Below are positions 46,349 through 56,063 of a stretch of 64,000 bases of DNA, piece by piece. Made by a program: the position numbers and the translations under genes. The notes under the pieces are model-generated. The model saw nothing but the letters and a program-made list of their open reading frames with translations, was not told the origin of the DNA and did no database searches. Positions within the stretch are counted from its first letter, which is position 1. Each line of letters starts with the position of its first letter. This DNA is from a phage: sequence record NC_101838.1. One strand, given 5' to 3'.

Positions 46349-46807
46349 TTAGAAGTTTGTTTTTACACGTCCCTTTTCATCAACCTCGTTGTTAGCTAAA
46401 AGCGTTACAAAGTCTGTGAAACGAACATGAAGAACCCTTTTCTTATCAAGGTATCCTAAAGCCACCCCTGAGAAATTTAGCATCAAAGGGGCTAAAGAAG
46501 CTCTGGCACTGAAATGCTGTTGTTCTACCCTTCCAACACCCTTAGTGTAGGATGGGTTAAGATTGTAAGTTCTGAATCCCAGTTTTGTTGGAGCTTTAGA
46601 ATTAAAAACGACTTTATAGCGTTTCTTACTCAACTTATGTTCCAGGATAAGCATTCCCTTATCACCTTTGATAAGTTGAAAATCTGTAAAGTGCTCTTTT
46701 AAGACGAAAGGTAGTGCCAGTCCCATCGCCTGTCCTCTTTGTACCGCTGTCTCACCAAAAGCTTTTGCATCAGTAAGTTCTTTGGTCAAGTCTATGCTTT
46801 TGATCAT
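46349..46807 (-). CDS. hypothetical protein (152 aa)
   Basis: ORF; overlaps the 3' end of the upstream methyltransferase ORF. Confidence 0.5.
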   Translation of the reverse strand: MIKSIDLTKELTDAKAFGETAVQRGQAMGLALPFVLKEHFTDFQLIKGDKGMLILEHKLSKKRYKVVFNSKAPTKLGFRTYNLNPSYTKGVGRVEQQHFSARASLAPLMLNFSGVALGYLDKKRVLHVRFTDFVTLLANNEVDEKGRVKTNF

Positions 46808-47618
46808 ACCTGGTCTCCAAAATGTATTGTAGTTCTTTCTTACCTATACTCTTCATTCCAGCAGTCTTACCTGCTTCTTCTTGAAAAGAAGAATAGCATT
46901 CAGCAAACACTCTGTCAACACCGTCAACTAAAGATTTTATGAAATATGTAGATTCTTCAGATTTTGGGTCATCCTCCCCCAATACTTTTCCAGCATTATA
47001 CCCAACACGTCTTACACAGAAGTCGTAGTCATCTGGTGTGCTAAAAGAAAATAACTTATTCTCTCCAATCTCTACAGGATCCCTATTGCACGCCTTTTTC
47101 TCCCAAATTTGGAAAACACATGGCACGTCATAAGGTTTGCCATTAAGTAAAAACGAGTTCTTAGGGCACCTTTCGCTGTAGACAAGGTGCATCGACATGT
47201 CCAATTTGTTTGCAAAAAATATTTTTTCAAATGTCCGTGGCAAGATGAAGGCTATAGCCCCTCCAAGCTCTAGCAATGATGCACAATGGTTAAAGAATTT
47301 GCAAGCTAAGGATGAATTCTTGCCAAATGGTGGGTTACCTATGAAGACATCTGCCTTGGGATGCACCTCTAAGAAGTTTGCCTGAATGCACGGTGTTGGT
47401 CCTTCAAATTCAGGATCTGGTACTAAATCGTACGACAGTATCTCTGAAAATAGTTTTGAAAAAGAACCCCTTCCAGCAGAAGGCTCAACGTATGCACAAT
47501 TCCCATACCTATCTTTTACTTTACCAACAAGATATTCTGCATACTCAGGGTTTGTGTAATATTTGTCGTTGGACTCTTTCTTGCTCAAAGTGCCTCCAAA
47601 AGGAAAAGGGAGGCGCAA
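46770..47618 (-). CDS. DNA N6-adenine methyltransferase (gamma-type motif order)
   Basis: AdoMet motif I VEPSAGRGSF followed by motif IV GNPPFG. Confidence 0.7.
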   Translation of the reverse strand: MRLPFPFGGTLSKKESNDKYYTNPEYAEYLVGKVKDRYGNCAYVEPSAGRGSFSKLFSEILSYDLVPDPEFEGPTPCIQANFLEVHPKADVFIGNPPFGKNSSLACKFFNHCASLLELGGAIAFILPRTFEKIFFANKLDMSMHLVYSERCPKNSFLLNGKPYDVPCVFQIWEKKACNRDPVEIGENKLFSFSTPDDYDFCVRRVGYNAGKVLGEDDPKSEESTYFIKSLVDGVDRVFAECYSSFQEEAGKTAGMKSIGKKELQYILETRYDQKHRLDQRTY

Positions 47619-47625
47619 GCCTCCC
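47598..47625 (-). terminator. intrinsic terminator (minus strand)
   Basis: Hairpin gggaggc-gcaa-gcctccc with an adjacent T-rich run on the minus strand. Confidence 0.55.
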
Positions 47626-47633
47626 TATAGTTG

Positions 47634-48617
47634 TTAGATTATCTGAATCAGGGTGTTTTTCATTTCTTCTCTGGTGCGGATGTTGTTACGGTCACGAACA
47701 ACAGATCCACAACCTTCGCAGCGGTATGTTTTAAATGCACTCAGTTGAGTATACGCCAAAGCTTCTTCCTCGTGAAGGTGTTCTCCACCACAGCGTGGAC
47801 AACGAACTTTTGGCTCCTCGTCTTGATAGTACAATGACATGTTTGGGTGCTGCTTAGCAAACGGGCGAGCCAGCAAATACAGGCCTTCCAGAGACAAGAT
47901 ATCACCAACATTGTACTCCCGCATCTGTTTAAACGCCTCAAGGTCACCGTGAACACACTTGATCCACATTTCAAATGTGTGGTCAATCAGTTTCTGTCGG
48001 GCAAGTTGGAAGTATTTGCATGCATACTCCAAAGTGTTTGCATTCAAACGGAATGCCTTCTTGATCATTTTAAGGGTGTCAACCTCTTTGTAGGGGCTTG
48101 TTGGAGGCAACCCGTGAAATGCAAATCGTTGGTTGGCCCACCCACAGTCAAAACCTGAATTGTGGGCTACTGCGACATCACATTTATCCAGATAATACCA
48201 CAAATCCTGAATCAATTCGAGATCATTGTGAATATCCTCATCCCACATTTTGTAATCGGGAAGAGCGCAGTCAACCACACTAGGACTGTCTAACCACTTA
48301 CCTGCGAAAGTTAGCATGTAGGGCATAATTTCAATACCGCAGGTTTGAATGTTGGTCTTATAGTGCCCAAAGAACCAGCCGTTTGTTGGAGATGTCTCTG
48401 TATCATACACCCAAACTTTAGCACCTTTGTGCTCTTCAAGGAAGCGCTCCGTTGCTTCTCCTACAATCTCTGACATATTCTCCTGTGCACGTTTAAGCTG
48501 TAGTCGGATCCAGCTCTCACGTGACTCACGGCCTAAAAATTCACGAGCAATTTGTCTATTAGTGTATCCCTGTTGCTTTAGTGTTAAAATTTGCTCAAGA
48601 GTTAACTTTGTCATCAT
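47634..48617 (-). CDS. DnaQ-like 3'-5' exonuclease with C-terminal zinc ribbon
   Basis: Exo I VWVYDTETSP (DxE), Exo II VAHNSGFD, Exo III-like YNVGD; C-terminal CPRCGG...CEGCG. Confidence 0.7.
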   Translation of the reverse strand: MMTKLTLEQILTLKQQGYTNRQIAREFLGRESRESWIRLQLKRAQENMSEIVGEATERFLEEHKGAKVWVYDTETSPTNGWFFGHYKTNIQTCGIEIMPYMLTFAGKWLDSPSVVDCALPDYKMWDEDIHNDLELIQDLWYYLDKCDVAVAHNSGFDCGWANQRFAFHGLPPTSPYKEVDTLKMIKKAFRLNANTLEYACKYFQLARQKLIDHTFEMWIKCVHGDLEAFKQMREYNVGDILSLEGLYLLARPFAKQHPNMSLYYQDEEPKVRCPRCGGEHLHEEEALAYTQLSAFKTYRCEGCGSVVRDRNNIRTREEMKNTLIQII

Positions 48618-48629
48618 CGTTAAGATTCC

Positions 48630-48851
48630 TTAGTAAAACTGAAGAATGTCTTTTAAAGCGAAGTCACGATATTCGCCCTTGTCTACATCGAAGGCACGCA
48701 TCAACCACTGCTCTTCTTTATGATACTCTGTAGAGCCAAACCATAAATTAGGCTCAGTAACGCAGCGATCTGCAACAACACCTTTCCAGTTACGGTATTT
48801 CATCCTGATCAGGACTGAGTCGCAAGGATTGAATACCTTTTTCATCCCCAT
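48630..48851 (-). CDS. hypothetical protein (73 aa)
   Basis: ORF in array. Confidence 0.45.
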   Translation of the reverse strand: MGMKKVFNPCDSVLIRMKYRNWKGVVADRCVTEPNLWFGSTEYHKEEQWLMRAFDVDKGEYRDFALKDILQFY

Positions 48852-49395
48852 AGAAATCTCTCTCCTCAGTTTTCTTTATAAACTCTTGCATGTAGAACTC
48901 AATAGCCTCATGCTTGGTGCACTCTGGATTAATGACAATATTGAGATCTGATTCTGCTCGTGCAATGATCGTAGCTTTAGAGCATCTCCTCAAGAACTTT
49001 GTCATATCATCTCTGTAGTTTTTGTGGAGCGGGAAGTCGCTGTAGTCTTTCTCCAAATAGTCAGCCATCCGGCGCAACGCCTCTGATAAACTGCAATCTG
49101 TATACTCGTTACAGTATTTCATCCAGTATTTAAGCACATACCCCTCAAAGGTATTAGTGCACTGAGACAAAACACCCCTGCAACGACCAGTCAGATGATC
49201 ATGATCTAAACAAGGCTTACGAAGTGGCTCGCACAAGATCGGATCAAGACCATCCTGCTCCTCTGACAATTCTTTTCGAAAGTTGGCTATGTCCTTAGAA
49301 TCTTTTAACCACCCGTTATGAACGGGGGCTTTGACAGCTTTCTTTCTTATTTTACGCTTTGCGATAATCCCTCCAGATGCGCCCTGCCTATCCAA
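48790..49395 (-). CDS. endonuclease VII-like Holliday junction resolvase
   Basis: CEPLRKPCLDHDHLTGRCRGVLSQCTN matches the Endo VII C..C..DHDH.TG..RG.L...CN signature. Confidence 0.7.
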   Translation of the reverse strand: MDRQGASGGIIAKRKIRKKAVKAPVHNGWLKDSKDIANFRKELSEEQDGLDPILCEPLRKPCLDHDHLTGRCRGVLSQCTNTFEGYVLKYWMKYCNEYTDCSLSEALRRMADYLEKDYSDFPLHKNYRDDMTKFLRRCSKATIIARAESDLNIVINPECTKHEAIEFYMQEFIKKTEERDFYGDEKGIQSLRLSPDQDEIP

Positions 49396-49976
49396 TAAGC
49401 ATCTGCGAGATCGGCCTTACCTTGTACCAAATTGATCCCATCTAGGAACCCAGGTTCAGATACTTCGCAGGCCTTAACCATCAACTTTTTATCCATCGTA
49501 ACAGGTTTCTTCACAGTATGCTCTTTACCTGTCTTTTTGTCAAGCTTTTTCTTCTCCTCGAAAGCAAGTTCCTCAGGAAGATGACCACGAGCAAACTTTT
49601 TGGCAGTTGTTGGTGTCACTGTGTGGACCTTAAACAGGCCGTCATTTTCACAATCAGCTAAGGCATCCCAAAGCATAACTTCAAGACCGTAAAACAACCC
49701 AGCCAGTTCACGTGTGGCATCCCCGCGTGATCCAAAGGAAAGCCCTTCCATAACTACAGTGTCAACGCCGTGCGTGTGGATATAATATCTGACCTGTTTG
49801 CAGATCCAGTCAATACGCTCAGCAGCTGTTGCAAAAGAAACCGTCCCTGGTTTCTTCTCTTTTGCAGATGAGCTTTGAGTTCGTAACACAACCTTATGAA
49901 CAGGCTTTCCATCGTCCCATACAACGCAAGCTGTGTGTGTCAACGACTGGTCTATGGATAATAGACGCTCTCTCAT
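49347..49976 (-). CDS. RuvC-like Holliday junction resolvase
   Basis: LLSIDQSLTHTACVVW (RuvC motif I-like), VVMEGLSFG, DLADAYWIG acidic-residue positions consistent with the RuvC fold. Confidence 0.6.
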   Translation of the reverse strand: MRERLLSIDQSLTHTACVVWDDGKPVHKVVLRTQSSSAKEKKPGTVSFATAAERIDWICKQVRYYIHTHGVDTVVMEGLSFGSRGDATRELAGLFYGLEVMLWDALADCENDGLFKVHTVTPTTAKKFARGHLPEELAFEEKKKLDKKTGKEHTVKKPVTMDKKLMVKACEVSEPGFLDGINLVQGKADLADAYWIGRAHLEGLSQSVK

Positions 49977-50308
49977 GCTTCCTCATCCTCCTCTCCTTCA
50001 TCAGGAGCATAAGCCTTATCTTTGAACAATACGAGAGAGCAAAGCTTAACATCTGTTTCCACACTGGTGAACATGCATAACCGCTCGCCCTCAATCAGCT
50101 CACAATCCTCTTTTAAAACAGCAGACCATACACGGTCATCTGCGTAATCATCCGTGTACAGGATGTATGAAATGGTGTCATCTTCATACAACCGCCACAT
50201 ACCTGTGGCAACAACGAATGTATTTTTTGTTTTAAGTGTCCCTGTTGTGTGATCATCCTCAAAAACAGCTTCCATAATTGCGTTATCTACAGAATTTTTA
50301 GTCATCAA
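49973..50308 (-). CDS. hypothetical protein (111 aa)
   Basis: ORF; overlapping start/stop with neighbours. Confidence 0.5.
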   Translation of the reverse strand: MMTKNSVDNAIMEAVFEDDHTTGTLKTKNTFVVATGMWRLYEDDTISYILYTDDYADDRVWSAVLKEDCELIEGERLCMFTSVETDVKLCSLVLFKDKAYAPDEGEEDEEA

Positions 50309-51444
50309 ATTGCTCCAACATTTCTAAGAACGTTAACAAGTTTTGTTTGATCATTGAATGTTCGCTTCATATACAAACAGTCAAAAATTATACTCATCCA
50401 TTGACCTACGGAGATTCTACGATCAATACCATTGAAGTCAGTATACTTAACAACACCTTTCGGGAACCACTTCTTGTACTGATCAATAATAGCCACCCAC
50501 ATCTCCTTTGGAGTGCTGCACTGAGACAGTAGGTAGAATGCTGAGGCATCTCCGAACTTACCCTTACCGATAAGTCCTTGATACGGCTTGATATTGTCAG
50601 CAGAGTCACCACACAGCATTTGGTATCCGAAGAACAGCATTCCGTAACCACCAACCTCTCCATTAGGCTTCATGAAGATGTTTCCCATACCGTTATCGAT
50701 CAGCATAGGGGTTTCCCTTACAAAATCTCCCTTATCGTTTCGCATGGGATCGAACACAAGCCCCGGTAGTGTTCTTTGGTCCTTATCAATAGAGATAATA
50801 AACTTGTTGAACTTACCTGTTTTTTGGTAGTGGTTCCAACCTTCAAATTGCTGGATAGCTAACCAGTCGTCAGCCTCGATACCGTTGATCACTTGAGCAT
50901 TATACTGCTTTTGGAGATACTGTCTTGCATCTCCAAGCAGCAGTGGTCGAAGAGTATTGTTACGGTTGGCTTTGTATCTTTCCGGCATGGGAAGATCTAG
51001 TCTGAAATTACCTGTGCCTCCAAGTACCCCCACGCACCGATCTTCCGGAATACCGAGATAATTAAGGACTGCATTAGCTTTACACTTAATTGTGTGCAAG
51101 CAGTTCTCTACAGGATCAGGGGTTTGGATATCCAAGACATCGAAATCTTCTCGTGTCCACGGAATAAACTCCTTGCCAGCCTTTTTACATGCAGCTTCAC
51201 GGTTGGTATTCTCAGCTTTTAACCAACCACCAACGGTGTTCTTCTGCCGCCCCCAGAACTCTGTTCGTGTTTTAAACATCTTCTTACGTCCGGAGGCTTT
51301 GTGTGTTACCTCAATTGTCCTTTTTTCACAACTTGCTGCAGCTTGATATGCAACCTGATCGAAGTCATAATAAACTATAGCGTCAGGTTCAAGAAGATCA
51401 GCCAGACAATCTATGGACTCAATAAGTGGATATTCTCTACTCAA
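50305..51444 (-). CDS. 5'-3' exonuclease / flap endonuclease (RNase H-like, FEN family)
   Basis: IEADDWLA and GDSADNIKP match the EADD and GD.SDNIPG motifs of Pol I-type 5' nucleases. Confidence 0.7.
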   Translation of the reverse strand: MSREYPLIESIDCLADLLEPDAIVYYDFDQVAYQAAASCEKRTIEVTHKASGRKKMFKTRTEFWGRQKNTVGGWLKAENTNREAACKKAGKEFIPWTREDFDVLDIQTPDPVENCLHTIKCKANAVLNYLGIPEDRCVGVLGGTGNFRLDLPMPERYKANRNNTLRPLLLGDARQYLQKQYNAQVINGIEADDWLAIQQFEGWNHYQKTGKFNKFIISIDKDQRTLPGLVFDPMRNDKGDFVRETPMLIDNGMGNIFMKPNGEVGGYGMLFFGYQMLCGDSADNIKPYQGLIGKGKFGDASAFYLLSQCSTPKEMWVAIIDQYKKWFPKGVVKYTDFNGIDRRISVGQWMSIIFDCLYMKRTFNDQTKLVNVLRNVGAI

Positions 51445-51745
51445 AGACCCTCCTGTTAGTTATTCTGCAAGATGGTTGGATGCTGTAATGGAAGGCATCA
51501 TCACTCTCTGCAATAAGTGACTCAACATCCCAATACTTTTCAAAAAGGAACGGATTAGACCCCCAGTGGTGGGTTATTTTCATCAAGGAGTCTGGTATCA
51601 TATAACCACAGATCTTAATTACATCGCCAGGTTGAATTGTGTTTTCATGAAGGTTGCTTGCCTTCTTCAGAATCATACCTTTATGATTCTCGTTTGCATA
51701 CAACTGGACAATATCTTTATCTTCAACAATAAAAATTTTAAGCAT
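51437..51745 (-). CDS. hypothetical protein (102 aa)
   Basis: ORF in array. Confidence 0.5.
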   Translation of the reverse strand: MLKIFIVEDKDIVQLYANENHKGMILKKASNLHENTIQPGDVIKICGYMIPDSLMKITHHWGSNPFLFEKYWDVESLIAESDDAFHYSIQPSCRITNRRVFE

Positions 51746-51804
51746 ATCTAGTTCTCCTAGTTTATAGATATCTTACCGATAATATCAGATTAATAACACT
51801 TTTG

Positions 51805-52098
51805 TCAAGACTCTTTAGTCTTTCTTGGAGAGCTTTTTGTTGATCTTTTCCTTTTGTGGTAGATTCCAAGTGCAGCGTTTTCTTGGGCGCACGTTTTAAC
51901 AGTTCTCAGACAAGAACTTTCAGCTTTAGGCAGGTTTAACTCCCACCAACCAAGCCAGTAAAGTTCTGATTCAGACAACTGCTCAGATTCAGCCTTCCGA
52001 TACAAGGCTTGCATACCTCTGATGATATCGTCCAGAGGTGTATCGAATACAAAAGCTGTCTTATCGAATTTCTCTTTTACAGGTTTCTTAGCCATCAA
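51805..52098 (-). CDS. hypothetical protein (97 aa)
   Basis: ORF; basic C-terminus. Confidence 0.5.
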   Translation of the reverse strand: MMAKKPVKEKFDKTAFVFDTPLDDIIRGMQALYRKAESEQLSESELYWLGWWELNLPKAESSCLRTVKTCAQENAALGIYHKRKRSTKSSPRKTKES

Positions 52099-52552
52099 GG
52101 TAACCCTCTATCCACGAAAAGTCAGTCTTCCACTCTGGAACTTTACTAAGCTCACGCCACTCTGCAAAGCAGTCTCGGTAATACGCCTCTGCCATACCTT
52201 TGGTGATCTTATTCACCTTAGCCAACTGATTAACTGCCTGAGCATACTTTCCACGAATATTTGCTAACCCAGGATGCACCGATGTGTGACAATCTGGGCA
52301 CAACGCTATCAGTCCGACAAGCCGGATCACTCCCTCTTCGAAAGTGTAAAGTTCATGACACTCCACTGGATGTTTGCTGCCTTTACCGCCGCACACCTCA
52401 CAGGTGTAGTTGGCTTCTCTATAGCACTTCTTGCGGATCTTATCCCACTCACTCTTCTTTACAGCGTTTCGGAGGTTATTATACCAAGCTGTTTCTGGGA
52501 TCAGTTGCACAATAAGCCTGCGTTCAGACTTCATTAAACGTCCGTCTTCCAC
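52088..52552 (-). CDS. putative HNH/zinc-finger nuclease-like protein (154 aa)
   Basis: Cys/His clusters CEVCGG...HPVECHEL and CPDCHTSVH resemble an HNH-type zinc finger. Confidence 0.45.
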   Translation of the reverse strand: MEDGRLMKSERRLIVQLIPETAWYNNLRNAVKKSEWDKIRKKCYREANYTCEVCGGKGSKHPVECHELYTFEEGVIRLVGLIALCPDCHTSVHPGLANIRGKYAQAVNQLAKVNKITKGMAEAYYRDCFAEWRELSKVPEWKTDFSWIEGYLDG

Positions 52553-52561
52553 GTATCCTCC

Positions 52562-52768
52562 TCATTCAAAGAAATGGGTGCGAGGGCAGGAACCTGCCTC
52601 TCCTTGTTTCACAAGTTCGTAGAGCTCACCTTGGCTTGTCTCATAAAGGCAAATACGTTTACCATTGTCCCGATATACATCGACAAGATACGCTGTTTCA
52701 CCTGCAAACACTACACCACAGGCCAGACATGCCGCCATGAACAAAATTGCCAACAGAAAATCTTTCAT
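52562..52768 (-). CDS. small exported/membrane-anchored protein next to the endolysin (68 aa)
   Basis: N-terminal hydrophobic segment LLAILFMAACLACGVVFAG; possible lysis accessory protein. Confidence 0.4.
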   Translation of the reverse strand: MKDFLLAILFMAACLACGVVFAGETAYLVDVYRDNGKRICLYETSQGELYELVKQGEAGSCPRTHFFE

Positions 52769-52831
52769 GGTTAAACCCTCTCAAACATTTTATGAGGTGA
52801 CAATACCACGTCCGTGTGGTTATGTCAATGA

Positions 52832-53302
52832 TCAATCCAGGGCAACACCGCCTGCCTTTTTAAACACCTCGATCAACTTCTCGATCTTCTGTTCATGCTG
52901 ACCATATCCAGCGCCGGGTAACGAAGCCCAGCGGGAACGGCATTTGCGGATAGCTTCGTGGATACGCCCTTCGTCAATGTCGGCGAGAGCCTTGCACTCA
53001 CGGATCAGTTGCAACGCAATCTTGTCCTGACTGGCAGGGCCAAAATCTGGTAATCCTAACTGTTTCATGTAGTGTTTAGCAAACTTCTCCAAAACCTGGT
53101 AACGACCAGCAGCGGAGGAGGTAAGTTTAGCATTTAGCTTAACGTAAACACCTGGATGCTTGCTGTAATCGCTGAACAGCTTGCCGCCGACTATGACATC
53201 GTACCCCCGATCCTTGGTAGGTTGTCTACCATTATCTGTTCCTTCCGAATATGCGATCATATCCAAGAAAGCTTTTCGTTGAACATTTTTATCAAGTTTC
53301 AT
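52832..53302 (-). CDS. endolysin, lambda R-like lytic transglycosylase
   Basis: Near-colinear match by eye to recalled lambda R (QRKAFLDMIAYSEGTDNGRQ...GYDVIVGG...AAGRYQ...WASLPGAGYGQ). Confidence 0.85.
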   Translation of the reverse strand: MKLDKNVQRKAFLDMIAYSEGTDNGRQPTKDRGYDVIVGGKLFSDYSKHPGVYVKLNAKLTSSAAGRYQVLEKFAKHYMKQLGLPDFGPASQDKIALQLIRECKALADIDEGRIHEAIRKCRSRWASLPGAGYGQHEQKIEKLIEVFKKAGGVALD

Positions 53303-53426
53303 TTTTCATACTCTCCAGTTTGCTCATAACTAACCCGATCAACAACACTGCATAGTGTGGTTATGTAGGTGCCAATTGAAAAACCATCATTCAATTGGCT
53401 ACCGTTACCTACTAAACCATCCTACA

Positions 53427-54710
53427 TCATTCCAGAACCTCCCAAGTGTCTGGGTTAACATTTCGGACGCAGATACCGACAGGGAATTGGTAGTTGTTGT
53501 CTTCTGTCCTTGCTTGATATTTGAAGGTGACAAACTTGCCGATCATTTCCTGCATCCTGTCATAGCTACGCTCCTCGTGCGTGCCTTTCATCTTCATTTT
53601 AACAACAACACCTTCCTTGTCAACACAGATAAGAACACCTTCATCATTCTTATCTTTCTCAACGTCAATAACTTTCACCTCTGCGTCGTTGAACTTTTTC
53701 CATTTCAATGCTTCAGATGTTCGCTGACCATACTCATATTTACCGCAGAAGTTACGCATAATGGTACCTTCATATCCTTCAGACATAAATATACCAACAG
53801 ACTCTTCGCACCGATCAACCGTATATGCAAGCTCTGCATCAACAACCTTAATATGATCAAGCATCAAAGAAGTAATAGCACCGTTTGCCTCCATAAGATC
53901 CTTACAGCGACCAGACTCTGTTTCAGGATCCCACCACACCTTATCGCTAGGGATATCGAAAATATGATACTCTAGGTCGTAGCTGCAGTACCCACCGTAA
54001 CGCAAATCATCACGAACAGGCTCAACATCGACAGGAATATCTACCTTGTTGAAGTTTTTGTATGTTGATAAGCCTGCCTTAATTGCTGCATGACGGCGTT
54101 TTTTATCTGCCTCATAGTCTTTATCGATCTCGGCCTGAATCTCTTCCTGTGTGCGCCACCGTTTAGCAAGAGACACTATTTTCTGCAAAGGAAGACCATG
54201 AATGTATAGTTCCCCATCAAGTTGTTTAATCCCAGTGGTAGAATGGAAAGAACGAAGTTGCTCTAAAAGCTTTCCTTGAATAGGGTAGGACTTATTACCA
54301 CGGGAAATAAATTTAGGCTCACCATTTTGGAAAACAACAAGCAGACGAAGGCCATCTAACTTACGCAAGATCCAGCAAGGTAATTTAAGTGCCTTGCCAC
54401 GCTTCAGGTAGTCATGCACCAGCATGGGTAAAAGATCAACACCCTGCTCGCAATCTTCCATGTTTTCAACATACCCCAGACGGACTTGTTTTTCCCACTT
54501 GCTGATAGCCTCAAGCTCGGCCTGTTGCTCAGCTGTAGTCTCGTTGGCACGACCTACGTTCTTAGGTGTGCATACCGTCTCTTTGTACTGCAGTTTACCA
54601 TCAAGCTTGCCAAACTCTACGATAACCTTATCACCATCCGTGAATACTTTCCACTGTTGGTAGCTGCCATCTTTATTCAGTGCGTACAGTGTTGTTTTGA
54701 TCTGATGCAT
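53427..54710 (-). CDS. ATP-dependent DNA ligase
   Basis: Nucleotidyltransferase motif I ILRKLDGLR (KxDG), motif IV EGYEGTIMR, motif V KWKK; 427 aa. Confidence 0.75.
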   Translation of the reverse strand: MHQIKTTLYALNKDGSYQQWKVFTDGDKVIVEFGKLDGKLQYKETVCTPKNVGRANETTAEQQAELEAISKWEKQVRLGYVENMEDCEQGVDLLPMLVHDYLKRGKALKLPCWILRKLDGLRLLVVFQNGEPKFISRGNKSYPIQGKLLEQLRSFHSTTGIKQLDGELYIHGLPLQKIVSLAKRWRTQEEIQAEIDKDYEADKKRRHAAIKAGLSTYKNFNKVDIPVDVEPVRDDLRYGGYCSYDLEYHIFDIPSDKVWWDPETESGRCKDLMEANGAITSLMLDHIKVVDAELAYTVDRCEESVGIFMSEGYEGTIMRNFCGKYEYGQRTSEALKWKKFNDAEVKVIDVEKDKNDEGVLICVDKEGVVVKMKMKGTHEERSYDRMQEMIGKFVTFKYQARTEDNNYQFPVGICVRNVNPDTWEVLE

Positions 54711-54979
54711 TACTCGGCCTCTTCCTTAAAAATTTTAAACATCTCTTCTTTACTCATTACCAACCAGTCTCCCATAAAGTCAACTAGCCAATCTCCCTGG
54801 TACAAGACAAGGTTACCAAAAGGCTCGACAAGCTCACACATGCGACGAAGATCTCTGGTCCGAACAGGTGACGATGTAAACACACCTGTATCAATCCACC
54901 GTTGCAGATCAGATACTGATGAAGAGCTTCCGTCAAACTGATGTGCTTCTACAGGTTTAGCAAGATTAAATAACGGCAT
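54710..54979 (-). CDS. hypothetical protein (89 aa)
   Basis: ORF; start codon overlaps ligase start region. Confidence 0.5.
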   Translation of the reverse strand: MPLFNLAKPVEAHQFDGSSSSVSDLQRWIDTGVFTSSPVRTRDLRRMCELVEPFGNLVLYQGDWLVDFMGDWLVMSKEEMFKIFKEEAE

Positions 54980-55274
54980 TGCAGTCCTCCTTCTGTAGTA
55001 GGTCTTTTATAGGATAAACAAGTAAGTGTGGGTCGTAATAACGTATAGTCCTATTCTGCCACACTATGAACTTTATTACAACCAAATTTACAATATCTTT
55101 ATCACCATGTAGCCCAACACACACATTTGTCCATATTTTGTGGTTGAAGACCTTGCTATCGATGTAGATTTTAGTGTCAAACTTATCTTCCATTCTACCT
55201 ATAAGTTTGATCAGCTCCTTCATCTGGTCGCCAAACACAGCATCTTTTTCAAGATCTCTGGAATGCTTGTACAT
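54966..55274 (-). CDS. hypothetical protein (102 aa)
   Basis: ORF in array. Confidence 0.5.
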   Translation of the reverse strand: MYKHSRDLEKDAVFGDQMKELIKLIGRMEDKFDTKIYIDSKVFNHKIWTNVCVGLHGDKDIVNLVVIKFIVWQNRTIRYYDPHLLVYPIKDLLQKEDCNAVI

Positions 55275-55302
55275 AACTAACTACCTCACTGCATACTTTC
55301 CA

Positions 55303-55330
55303 TAATAAGTAAAGCCGGGTAATCCCGGCT
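55303..55330 (-). terminator. putative terminator (minus strand)
   Basis: Hairpin agccggg-taat-cccggct with a T-rich tract on the minus strand. Confidence 0.45.
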
Positions 55331-55336
55331 ATGTTG

Positions 55337-56050
55337 TTAAATATACTCTGTTACATCCTTGAAGCTCGAAGGCTTCATAATCTTACCTTTACTGTCAAGG
55401 AATATAATAACTTTATTACCGTTGTAGAACTCCTCTTTAGCAACGAAACCTTCGTAGCGACCACCAAAACGACGCTCAAGATCTTCAATCTCTAACTCTA
55501 TGAGCAATTCAGTAGACATATCTGCACTGGCACCGTGAGAATATCGTAGATGGTTGATCCGTGCAAACTTGCTGTCATTAGATTTGAGAACCTTCCGCAT
55601 CATCCCACACACATCGCCGCGAAGCTGGAACAGCAAAGCTGTTGACAACTCCGCTAAGCGGTAAGCTGACGCTCTTTGCTTGGATGTGTTTTTCGCAGCG
55701 ATCAGTGTATCATAGAACTCACCGATCTTGAACTTAAGACCTCGTGGATTATCAAACAGGTTTGACCACTTTTCGTGATTATCATTAACAAGATAAGCGG
55801 CATAACTTGTGACAACGTGAAGATCGCAGGCCTCTTTTAGCAGGTGATCTCCACCATCACCTTTCTCCAGCTCTTCCAAAACCTCATTGAACTCTTCCTC
55901 AATGAAGCTAAGCTGTAATTCGAATGGTGTGTATGATTTTTTCACTTTAGCTGCCACACGGTTCCAGTTTTCCACCCAGTTGGCAGACCAAAGGTAGTTT
56001 TCAGGCTGAGACAGTTTTTCCAGGTTGTCGATCAGTTTAGTATTCAGCAT
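55337..56050 (-). CDS. hypothetical protein with MazG-like NTP pyrophosphohydrolase-type motif (237 aa)
   Basis: EEEFNEVLEELEKGDGGDHLLKEACDL resembles the MazG EE..E...E...D...ExxD.L signature; C-terminal half unassigned. Confidence 0.4.
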   Translation of the reverse strand: MLNTKLIDNLEKLSQPENYLWSANWVENWNRVAAKVKKSYTPFELQLSFIEEEFNEVLEELEKGDGGDHLLKEACDLHVVTSYAAYLVNDNHEKWSNLFDNPRGLKFKIGEFYDTLIAAKNTSKQRASAYRLAELSTALLFQLRGDVCGMMRKVLKSNDSKFARINHLRYSHGASADMSTELLIELEIEDLERRFGGRYEGFVAKEEFYNGNKVIIFLDSKGKIMKPSSFKDVTEYI

Positions 56051-56063
56051 TAAAGGTCTCCTT

